Source: Acutalibacteraceae bacterium (lineage in GTDB: Bacteria > Bacillota > Clostridia > Oscillospirales > Acutalibacteraceae). From it: a DNA stretch of 64,000 nucleotides. The position numbers and the translations under genes were made by a program. Positions 54,773-62,400 of this stretch are shown piece after piece (positions within the stretch are counted from its first letter, which is position 1; the number at the start of each line of letters is the position of its first letter). The notes under the pieces were generated by a model, which saw nothing but the letters and a program-made list of their open reading frames with translations, made no database searches and was not told the DNA's origin. The stretch is taken from assembly GCA_045590515.1 (NCBI GenBank), contig JAZNRD010000033.1:51456-115455 (forward strand). The letters are read 5' to 3'.

Positions 54773-55087
54773 ATGTTTTGTAAAAATTGTGGAAAAGAAA
54801 TTCCTGACGGAGCTAAATTCTGCGGTAGTTGTGGAAAAACGGCGGAATTAGTGACCAAAACAGAAGATTTTCAATCAACTGCGCAAAAAACAAAATCAAC
54901 GGGTAAAAAAGTGGGCGGTATAATTATGACTGCACTTGGCGGACTTTCGGTTATAGGAAGCTTTGCCAACGATTATTACTGGAACATTACCCATAACGGC
55001 GCTAATATGAGTGATTTCATTACTATAGGAATTCAAATTGCTTTAATTGCTATAGGTGTGTATCTCATTTATAAATCAAAGAAATAA
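54773..55087 (+). CDS. zinc-ribbon domain small membrane protein
   Basis: 104 aa. MFCKNCGKEIPDGAKFCGSCGK followed by two TM helices. Confidence 0.75.
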   Translation: MFCKNCGKEIPDGAKFCGSCGKTAELVTKTEDFQSTAQKTKSTGKKVGGIIMTALGGLSVIGSFANDYYWNITHNGANMSDFITIGIQIALIAIGVYLIYKSKK

Positions 55088-55275
55088 GACTAAAAACCGC
55101 ATAGATTCAAACATACAGTTAAAAATTTAAAACAACTTGAATTTTGTGCTCCGTTTTCAAAAAAGAAAAGTCGCATTTAGCGGCTTTTTCTTTTTACCCT
55201 TATGTATTATCTCTTCTCTTTTTTGCAGGTATGTGATACAATAATAAAAAATTTGATTTTTATAGGGCGGGTTTT

Positions 55276-55701
55276 ATGGATATATGGGAGAGGCTTTTTG
55301 ATAAGGCTCGGGAAGAGTATCATCCCGAGGATGTTTCGCCGTTTATTTACGCACACCATGTGGTTTGTGCTATTGAGAGTGAGAACGGCGAGATTTTTAC
55401 CGGCTTTTGTATTGAAAGCTGCAGCGGTGTTTTGAACCTTTGTGCCGAGCGCGTTGCGGCTCTTAATATGTATGTTAACAGCGGTCAGACCAAGGTAAAA
55501 CGCTTGCTCGCATTTCGTGACAAGGCACCCTACGGCGAGGGCAGCGGAATGCCCTGCGGCGCTTGCAGAGAGTTTCTTTTACAGCTTAACAAGGAAAATG
55601 CTGACTGCGAGATAATGGTGGACTACGATAAAAGAAAGACCGTAAAGCTTTCTGCGCTTTTGCCTGACTGGTGGGGCGAAGAAAGATACAAAGAGAATTA
55701 G
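55276..55701 (+). CDS. cytidine deaminase family protein (small homotetrameric CDA / blasticidin-S-deaminase type)
   Basis: 141 aa. Zinc motifs CAERVA and PCGACREF. Confidence 0.8.
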   Translation: MDIWERLFDKAREEYHPEDVSPFIYAHHVVCAIESENGEIFTGFCIESCSGVLNLCAERVAALNMYVNSGQTKVKRLLAFRDKAPYGEGSGMPCGACREFLLQLNKENADCEIMVDYDKRKTVKLSALLPDWWGEERYKEN

Positions 55702-55709
55702 GTGGATTT

Positions 55710-56420
55710 ATGAAATTAAAATTCTTAGGCACCAGCTTTGGTGCGCCGTCAAAAAATAGGCGGCAGCAGAGTATTCTTGTTGAGGATTCGCGTGGTAATG
55801 CGTACCTTTTTGATACAGGTGCGCCCGTGCTTGACGCGCTTGTGAACGCGGACTACGACCCTAAAAAAATAAAGGCGATATTTATTTCCCATCTACACGG
55901 CGACCACCTGAACGGAATTTTTGACATTTTAAACCTTACTGAATATCTATGTATGGACTATACCGTTTATCTGCCCTCAAAACAAGGTGTTTGCCTTTTA
56001 GAAGAGTACTGCAACCAAATCTGCGGCAAAATTCCGAGCGGCGTAAGGTTTGAGCTTATATCTGACGGGGACTTTTATTCTAACGAAAATGTAAAGGTCA
56101 CCGCTATACCCACAATGCACTGCGTAAATTCTTTTTCATTTATGATTGAGAGTGAAGAAAAGAATATTATTATTACGGGGGATTTGCACCCGTCGCTTGA
56201 CGATTTTCCAAAGGTTTTAGCGCAAACCCACACCGATTTAATCGTTTGCGAGTGTGCACATTTTTCGGTTGCTGACATTCTTTCAAGGCTTGCAGAGTGC
56301 GACGTATCGCAGGTTGCGTTCGTGCATATTGCGCCGTGTGATAAGTATGCAGAGCTTGCAACTGCCACAAAAAATTATAAAATTCTTTTACCAAACGATA
56401 ACGACGAGGTTTTGATTTAA
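55710..56420 (+). CDS. MBL-fold metallo-hydrolase (RNase Z-like)
   Basis: Start at MKLKFLGT after AGGTGG. SHLHGDH metal motif. Confidence 0.78.
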   Translation: MKLKFLGTSFGAPSKNRRQQSILVEDSRGNAYLFDTGAPVLDALVNADYDPKKIKAIFISHLHGDHLNGIFDILNLTEYLCMDYTVYLPSKQGVCLLEEYCNQICGKIPSGVRFELISDGDFYSNENVKVTAIPTMHCVNSFSFMIESEEKNIIITGDLHPSLDDFPKVLAQTHTDLIVCECAHFSVADILSRLAECDVSQVAFVHIAPCDKYAELATATKNYKILLPNDNDEVLI

Positions 56421-56427
56421 ATTTATT

Positions 56428-57537
56428 ATGCTGATTATAAACTTTTTCAAAAAATATACCGTTTTCTGCATTGCGGTTATTGCCGCGACAGTAACCTGCT
56501 TTTTTGTGCCGCCCGACCGCGAATATTTAGGATATTTTGATTTTAAGACGCTTTGCTGTCTTTTTTTAACGCTCGCGGTTGTGTGCGCGCTTAGAAACAT
56601 AAAGTTTTTCACCATCCTCGCGCGGCAGCTTGTAAAGATTACGGGAAATCTCAGAAGCCTCTTTTTAATGCTGATTTTCATTACCTTTTTAGGCTCTATG
56701 CTAATAGCCAACGATATGGCGCTTATCACCTTTTTGCCACTCGGCTACTTTGCGCTGTCGACTGCAAAGCAGGAAAAGTATATGGCTTATCTTTTTATTT
56801 TGCAGAACATATCAGCAAATCTCGGCGGACTGCTGACTCCCTTTGGAAATCCGCAAAACCTTTATCTTTATTCCTATTTTAATATACCGACGGGCGAATT
56901 CTGCACAATGATGCTGCCGCTGTTTTTGCTTGCCGTTACAATGCTCGTCCTCGCCTGCTTGTTTGTAAAGCCGCAAAGTCTTGCGATAACCAATGAATTC
57001 CCCATTAAGCTAAACCGTCGGCGCGCGGCGCTTTACATACTGCTTTTTGCTATCTCCATACTGGTTGTTTTCTCGGTTGTGGATATGTGGGTCGGACTTA
57101 TTGCTATTGTAGGCGTGCTGCTTTTTGCCGACCGATACGCCATAAAAATGGTGGACTATCCCCTACTGCTCACATTTTTCTTCTTCTTTATATTCTCGGG
57201 AAACCTTGCAAGAATAGACGCTATAAACGGATTTTTATCCCGTATTCTCGAGTGGGATACGCTGCTTGTATCAACACTTTCCTGCCAGTTTATAAGCAAT
57301 GTGCCGTCGGCAATACTGCTTTCTCGCTTTACGGGCGATTACCACGCGCTGCTGCTTGGTGTTAATATTGGCGGAACGGGCACGCTTATTGCCTCTCTTG
57401 CAAGCCTTATAACCTTTAACGAGTACCGCGCACTTTATCCTAAAAAGGTTAAATTTTATCTCGCGCTGTTTACGGGAATTAACCTCATTTTCCTTATTAT
57501 AATGACCGTCGCGGCACGTTTGTTTTTCCTACAATAA
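56428..57537 (+). CDS. ArsB/NhaD-superfamily (citrate-transporter-like) anion permease
   Basis: 369 aa, polytopic. Contains the TPFGNPQNL motif typical of this superfamily. Confidence 0.7.
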   Translation: MLIINFFKKYTVFCIAVIAATVTCFFVPPDREYLGYFDFKTLCCLFLTLAVVCALRNIKFFTILARQLVKITGNLRSLFLMLIFITFLGSMLIANDMALITFLPLGYFALSTAKQEKYMAYLFILQNISANLGGLLTPFGNPQNLYLYSYFNIPTGEFCTMMLPLFLLAVTMLVLACLFVKPQSLAITNEFPIKLNRRRAALYILLFAISILVVFSVVDMWVGLIAIVGVLLFADRYAIKMVDYPLLLTFFFFFIFSGNLARIDAINGFLSRILEWDTLLVSTLSCQFISNVPSAILLSRFTGDYHALLLGVNIGGTGTLIASLASLITFNEYRALYPKKVKFYLALFTGINLIFLIIMTVAARLFFLQ

Positions 57538-57637
57538 AAAAATTTGTTATTTTTTCGACAAAGTTTTAATTTGCTCTTGTGTTTTAAGCGCTGTTTAGTT
57601 ATAATAGTAAGAGATTATGACCGAAAGGAGTTATCAT

Positions 57638-58330
57638 ATGATTTACACAAAAGAAATTGAAGAGATGTGTCCTGTTGCTCAGGGCGTACACCACGGCGCT
57701 GCTCCGATTCCGGAAGAGGCAAAATGGGTAAAGGCTCAGAACGTTCAGGATATTTCAGGCTTCACACACGGTGTGGGCTGGTGTGCTCCTCAGCAGGGCG
57801 CCTGCAAGCTCACCCTCAACGTTAAGGACGGCGTAATTGAAGAGGCTTTGGTTGAGACTCTCGGTTGCTCGGGTATGACTCACTCGGCTGCTATGGCATC
57901 TGAGATTCTTCCCGGCCTTACCATTTTAGAGGCTCTTAACACCGACCTCGTTTGCGATGCTATCAACACCGCTATGCGTGAGCTGTTCTTACAGATTGTT
58001 TACGGTAGAACTCAGAGTGCTTTCTCTGAGAACGGTCTTGCTGTTGGTGCAGGACTTGAGGACCTTGGTAAAGGTCTTCGCTCTCAGGTTGGTACTATGT
58101 ACGGTACACGTGAGAAGGGTCCCCGCTATCTCGAGATGGCAGAGGGCTATGTAACCGGTATCGCTCTCGACGATGAGGACCAGATTATCGGCTACAAGTT
58201 TGTAAACCTCGGCAAGATGACCGACTTCATCAAAAAGGGTGACGATGCTAACACTGCCTGGGAAAAAGCTCAGGGTCAGTACGGTCGCGTTGATGATGCT
58301 GTTCGTGTTATCGACCCCAGAAAAGAATAA
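57638..58330 (+). CDS. NifU/IscU N-terminal-domain-like protein, partner of the GGGtGRT protein
   Basis: Start set to MIYTKEIEEM after AAAGGAG. GVGWCAPQQGACKLTLNVKDGVIEEALVETLGCSGMTHSAAMASE resembles the IscU scaffold fold, with Cys residues in comparable positions. Confidence 0.6.
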   Translation: MIYTKEIEEMCPVAQGVHHGAAPIPEEAKWVKAQNVQDISGFTHGVGWCAPQQGACKLTLNVKDGVIEEALVETLGCSGMTHSAAMASEILPGLTILEALNTDLVCDAINTAMRELFLQIVYGRTQSAFSENGLAVGAGLEDLGKGLRSQVGTMYGTREKGPRYLEMAEGYVTGIALDDEDQIIGYKFVNLGKMTDFIKKGDDANTAWEKAQGQYGRVDDAVRVIDPRKE

Positions 58331-58345
58331 TAGGAGGTAGTAACG

Positions 58346-59356
58346 ATGGCTTTATTTGAATCTTATGAGAGAAGAATTGACCAAATCAATGCTGTTCTTT
58401 CAAGCTATGGTATTGCTTCCCTGGAGGAAGCCGAAAAGATTACCAAGGACGCCGGACTTAATGTTTACGACCAGGTAAAGAAAATTCAGCCCATCTGCTT
58501 TGAAAATGCTTGCTGGGCATATATTGTTGGCTGTGCTATTGCTATTAAGAAGGGCTGCACCCGCGCTGCTGACGCCGCTGCCGCTATCGGCGAGGGTCTT
58601 CAGGCATTCTGCATCCCCGGCTCTGTTGCTGACCAGCGTAAGGTTGGTCTTGGCCACGGTAACCTCGGCAAGATGCTTCTTGAAGAGGAGACCGAGTGCT
58701 TCGCATTCTTAGCAGGTCACGAGTCCTTTGCTGCTGCTGAGGGCGCTATCGGTATTGCTGAGAAGGCAAACAAGGTAAGAAGCAAGCCGCTTCGCGTTAT
58801 CCTTAACGGTCTTGGTAAGGATGCTGCACAGATTATCTCTCGTATCAACGGCTTTACATATGTTGAGACCGAGATGGATTATTACACCGGCGAAGTTAAA
58901 GAGGTATTCCGCAAGGCATACTCCACTGGTCTTCGCTCCAAGGTTAACTGCTACGGCGCTAACGATGTTCGTGAGGGCGTTGCTATCATGCACAAGGAGG
59001 GTGTTGACGTTTCCATCACCGGTAACTCCACCAACCCGACCCGCTTCCAGCACCCCGTTGCAGGCACCTATAAGAAGGAATGCATTGAGCAGGGCAAGAA
59101 GTATTTTTCAGTTGCTTCGGGCGGCGGTACAGGCCGTACACTCCACCCCGACAACATGGCTGCAGGTCCCGCTTCCTACGGTATGACCGATACCCTCGGC
59201 CGTATGCACTCTGACGCTCAGTTTGCAGGCAGTTCTTCTGTTCCTGCCCACGTTGAGATGATGGGTCTTATCGGTATGGGTAACAACCCGATGGTTGGCG
59301 CTACCGTTGCTTGCGCAGTTTCGGTTGAAGAGGCTGCTAAGGAAGGCAAGTTCTAA
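58346..59356 (+). CDS. GGGtGRT family protein (conserved, function unknown)
   Basis: 336 aa, containing the eponymous motif SGGGTGRTLHPDNMAAGPASYGMTD. AGGAGG RBS. Confidence 0.8.
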   Translation: MALFESYERRIDQINAVLSSYGIASLEEAEKITKDAGLNVYDQVKKIQPICFENACWAYIVGCAIAIKKGCTRAADAAAAIGEGLQAFCIPGSVADQRKVGLGHGNLGKMLLEEETECFAFLAGHESFAAAEGAIGIAEKANKVRSKPLRVILNGLGKDAAQIISRINGFTYVETEMDYYTGEVKEVFRKAYSTGLRSKVNCYGANDVREGVAIMHKEGVDVSITGNSTNPTRFQHPVAGTYKKECIEQGKKYFSVASGGGTGRTLHPDNMAAGPASYGMTDTLGRMHSDAQFAGSSSVPAHVEMMGLIGMGNNPMVGATVACAVSVEEAAKEGKF

Positions 59357-59366
59357 ATCATAAAAT

Positions 59367-59397
59367 AAAAAGACCTCGATTTTCGAGGTCTTTTTTT
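59367..59397 (+). terminator. rho-independent terminator of the GGGtGRT gene
   Basis: AAAAAGACCTCGA-TTT-TCGAGGTCTTTTTTT. Confidence 0.85.
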
Positions 59398-59409
59398 GTG
59401 CCCTTGCCG

Positions 59410-59547
59410 TCAGTTCGCAGGCAGTCCTTCTGTTCCTGCCCACGCCCCGATGATGAGTCTTATTGGTATGGGTAACAACCCGATGGCTTATGCTACCACC
59501 CTTGCGCAGTTTCTGCCCACGAGGCTGCTAAAGAAGGCAAGTTCTAA
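59410..59547 (+). pseudogene. diverged, frameshifted duplicate of the last ~139 nt of the GGGtGRT gene
   Basis: Aligns collinearly with 59218-59356 (roughly 85 percent identity by eye, with a 1-nt deletion). It ends in the same ...AAGGCAAGTTCTAA and is followed by its own terminator. Confidence 0.8.
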
Positions 59548-59556
59548 GAAAATTTA

Positions 59557-59587
59557 AAAGGACTCGGTTTCCCGAGTCCTTTTTTTA
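59557..59587. terminator. second terminator (bidirectional; overlaps the Y1-transposase stop codon)
   Basis: AAAAGGACTCGG-TTTC-CCGAGTCCTTTTTTT. Confidence 0.8.
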
Positions 59588-60070
59588 TTGACTATAATAG
59601 CAATCGTCTTGCCACTTTTGAGGATTTGTATCAATGTAATTCCAGATTTTCAAGTAATCTTCCTCACCGCGTATTATGTGGTCGTGAAATGAGCGTTGCC
59701 ATAATGTTTTACCGTATTTATTGGTTGTAAATGATTTAAGCCGTCCGATTACATCCTGCACTTGTAGGGGAGGGTCTCCGTGCCCTCCCGTTCCATTATC
59801 AATTCTAATTATTAAATGAATATGATTTGGCATAATAACGAATTTATCGACCATTATTCCGATATAACTTTCGCTTATATATTTTATTGATTCTTCAACA
59901 ATTTTTCCTATTGGGGAAAGAATTATTGACGGGAGGGCGCAGAGGCCCTCCCCTACGATGTTTCCAAAAAGATTTTGCTTTTTATGCGTGCATATTGTTA
60001 TAAAATATGCGCCGTCGCTACTGTAATTATAATCTTTTAACCGTGTCGGTTTGCGCTTTTTTAAATACAT
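59585..60070 (-). CDS. Y1 HUH transposase-like protein (IS200-like / REP-associated tyrosine transposase, RAYT-type)
   Basis: MYLKKRKPTRLKDYNYSSDGAYFITICT, HUH motif MPNHIHLII, and the catalytic-Tyr region SFHDHIIRGEEDYLKIWNYIDTNPQKW. The ATG at 60068-60070 overlaps the upstream stop as TAATG. No terminal inverted repeats or IS ends were seen. Confidence 0.78.
   Translation of the reverse strand: MYLKKRKPTRLKDYNYSSDGAYFITICTHKKQNLFGNIVGEGLCALPSIILSPIGKIVEESIKYISESYIGIMVDKFVIMPNHIHLIIRIDNGTGGHGDPPLQVQDVIGRLKSFTTNKYGKTLWQRSFHDHIIRGEEDYLKIWNYIDTNPQKWQDDCYYSQ
59764..59790 (+). repeat. GTAG-headed palindrome copy inside the Y1 transposase CDS (head on the plus strand)
   Basis: GTAGGGGAGGGTCTCCGTGCCCTCCCG. 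It encodes GGHGDPPLQ on the minus strand. GC-rich patch in an AT-rich gene. Confidence 0.7.
59930..59957 (-). repeat. GTAG-headed palindrome copy inside the Y1 transposase CDS (head on the minus strand)
   Basis: The plus strand reads CGGGAGGGCGCAGAGGCCCTCCCCTACG. It encodes VGEGLCALP. The same peptide, VGEGLCALP, is produced by the intergenic copy at 8023-8051. Confidence 0.7.
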
Positions 60071-61602
60071 TATCTCTTTACAAAATATTCTTCGTACCAC
60101 ACAAGGAAGGTGTAGATTACATAGACCTTGCGCCAGGCGTCTGAGTTTCCGCCTAGGTAATCAGAGAGGATTGCATTTATCTCGTCTAAATTAAAGAATT
60201 TTTCCGCCGTTTCACTGCTGAATTTTGCTTTGACATCGGCGTTATAGCGCTCGTCCGCCATCCACATACGGATTGGCACCACGAAGCCTAATTTCTTGCG
60301 GAAAGCAATTTCCTCGGGCAGTAGTTTTGCCGCCGCAGTACGAAGTGCTACCTTGTTCTGCTCTTCGTTCACCTTAAACTGAGGCGGAACGCGCGAGGCA
60401 ATATCGAATATGCGCATATCGGTGAGCGGCATTCGTACCTCGAGTCCTGCCGCGCGGCTCATTTTATCTACATTTAGATAAATGTCGCCCTCTAACCAGA
60501 CCTCTATATCCACATCGGTCATTAAGGATAGTGGGTCAAGCCCTTTATTGTGCTCATAAATATCGCGTACGAGGTCGATAGGCTCAAAATTATCGTAATA
60601 TCTTTTGAGTATTTTGCGCTTTTCGTCCTCTTTCATTATATTGGTATTTCCAACATAGAAATCCTTTAGGTTCTCGCCGTAGCGTTCGGCGTTGCGGTAC
60701 ATATTATAGCCGCCGAAAAATTCATCCGCGCCCTCGCCCGAGTAGCAGATTTTGGTATTTTTCGCCGTTTCGATACAACCGAGTGCAAAGGCAACCGCCG
60801 ATGCGTCACCAAGCGGCTGCTCCATATTATACATAACATAAGGAATAGCCGAGAAATAATCTTCGGGTGTTATAACGCAGCGATTAAATTTGCGGCCCAA
60901 TATATCCGCGGTCTGCTTTGCAAGGCCCGATTCGTCCAGTCGGCTATCGTCATAGCCACAGCTGTTGCAAGCAGTTGCGTCCGAAACCGCAAGGACATAG
61001 GAGGAGTCAACGCCGCCCGAGAGGAAGCTTTCTACATACTCGTCCTCGTCCTTGACCTCTTTCATAATTCCCGTAAGCGCACTGTGGATTTCGTCTGCAA
61101 AGGAGTCGAGCGTGCGGGTATTATCGGGGGAGAAATGCGGGGTGAAATAACGGTGAATCTCTTTTTCGCCGTTTTTATAAATCATATATCTGCCGGGGAG
61201 CAGCTTATATACATCCGTGAAAAAGGTTTCCTCTCCCGTTGTATAGGTCATTGTAAGATAAATCTGCAGCATTTTTTCGTTTAGATTTTTTTGGAAACCG
61301 CCGTCCTGCATTATATCGCGGATACTGTCCGAATAGAGTAGTCTGCCATCGGCAGTTTCATAGTAATAAAGTGGCTTTGTGCCGAACGGGTCGCGAAGTA
61401 AGAAAAGACTTCCGTCATCATTCTCGATAACAAAAGAAAACATTCCGTGTATGTGAAGTCCCATTTCGCCGCCCCATTTTTTGAAGGCCGAAAGGATTAT
61501 TGCCTCTTCCCTTTCCCTGCGCGGCAAGGCGGATGAGATATTTAATTCTTCGCAAAGGGCTTTATGATTACGGATATGACCGCTATAGAATTTAAGCTGC
61601 AT
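60070..61602 (-). CDS. asparagine synthetase B-like protein lacking the N-terminal catalytic Cys region (glutaminase-dead AsnB homolog)
   Basis: 510 aa. Synthetase-domain PP-loop SFLSGGVDSS is present. The N-terminus begins at MQLKFYSGHIRNHKALCEEL, which aligns with the NGEIYN region ~70 residues into canonical AsnB. There is no MCG start, and the RBS and promoter upstream are clean. Confidence 0.8.
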   Translation of the reverse strand: MQLKFYSGHIRNHKALCEELNISSALPRREREEAIILSAFKKWGGEMGLHIHGMFSFVIENDDGSLFLLRDPFGTKPLYYYETADGRLLYSDSIRDIMQDGGFQKNLNEKMLQIYLTMTYTTGEETFFTDVYKLLPGRYMIYKNGEKEIHRYFTPHFSPDNTRTLDSFADEIHSALTGIMKEVKDEDEYVESFLSGGVDSSYVLAVSDATACNSCGYDDSRLDESGLAKQTADILGRKFNRCVITPEDYFSAIPYVMYNMEQPLGDASAVAFALGCIETAKNTKICYSGEGADEFFGGYNMYRNAERYGENLKDFYVGNTNIMKEDEKRKILKRYYDNFEPIDLVRDIYEHNKGLDPLSLMTDVDIEVWLEGDIYLNVDKMSRAAGLEVRMPLTDMRIFDIASRVPPQFKVNEEQNKVALRTAAAKLLPEEIAFRKKLGFVVPIRMWMADERYNADVKAKFSSETAEKFFNLDEINAILSDYLGGNSDAWRKVYVIYTFLVWYEEYFVKR

Positions 61603-61674
61603 TTTTCATTCCCCTATTTTTAAATATATATAATATTACCACATTTTTCTCCATTATTCAACAAAATAGAAAAA

Positions 61675-61703
61675 TTGACATAAGGGTACCTCGGTGGTAT
61701 AAT
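61675..61703 (+). promoter_or_regulatory. consensus sigma-A promoter TTGACA-17-TATAAT
   Basis: TTGACA at 61675-61680, TATAAT at 61698-61703, upstream of trmB. Confidence 0.75.
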
Positions 61704-61732
61704 CGTATAAGTCTATAAAAGGGGGTTTTTGT

Positions 61733-62398
61733 ATGAGGATGCGAAAGAAAAAGCACCTTACCGAACGTCTTGCCGTACTTAAAAATGTTATGAGCATTAC
61801 GCCCGAAGAGCGCAACGAAAAAACCGCCGTTCTTACAAAGGAATATATTGATTTTTCGTCGATTTTCGGCAACGATAACCCCATATATTTAGAAATTGGC
61901 TGCGGCAAGGGCGGCTTTGCGTGCGAGTTTGCACGGCGCAACCCCGATATAAATTTGCTTGCGGTTGAAAAGACCCCGAATGTGCTTGTGACAGCTTGCG
62001 AGCAGGGTGAAGGCATACCTAATTTATTCTTCCTTATGGGCGGCGCCGAATATCTTACAAGATACATAAAACCGCACTCTGTTGAGCGCATTTTTCTTAA
62101 TTTTTCCTGCCCTTTTCCTAAGAAAAAGTATGCTGCGCACCGACTGACCGCCGCGCGCTTTCTTTCGATTTATAAAGAGATAATGTCGAAAAATGCAGAA
62201 ATTCACCAAAAGACCGATAATATGCATTTCTTCGAATTCTCACTCGAGCAGTTTTCGCAAAACGGCTTTTCGCTAAAAAATGTAAGCCTTGATTTGCACG
62301 CAAGCGATTTTGAAGGCAACATTATGACCGAATACGAAAAATTATTTACAGAGCTCGGCAAGCCGATTTATAGGCTTGAGGCTTTCATAGAGGACTAA
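61733..62398 (+). CDS. trmB: tRNA (guanine46-N7)-methyltransferase
   Basis: 221 aa. SAM-binding region LEIGCGKGGF and the FNFSCPFPKKK / TEYE motifs typical of TrmB. Confidence 0.9.
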   Translation: MRMRKKKHLTERLAVLKNVMSITPEERNEKTAVLTKEYIDFSSIFGNDNPIYLEIGCGKGGFACEFARRNPDINLLAVEKTPNVLVTACEQGEGIPNLFFLMGGAEYLTRYIKPHSVERIFLNFSCPFPKKKYAAHRLTAARFLSIYKEIMSKNAEIHQKTDNMHFFEFSLEQFSQNGFSLKNVSLDLHASDFEGNIMTEYEKLFTELGKPIYRLEAFIED

Positions 62399-62400
62399 AA

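Noticed and set aside
59218-59547. Possible diversity-generating retroelement (VR at the gene's 3' end plus a downstream TR)
   Set aside because: The mismatches between the two copies are mostly T/C and G/A and are not confined to adenine positions in either copy. There is a 1-nt indel, and no reverse transcriptase gene is nearby. This fits a decayed duplicate or allele remnant, not a DGR.
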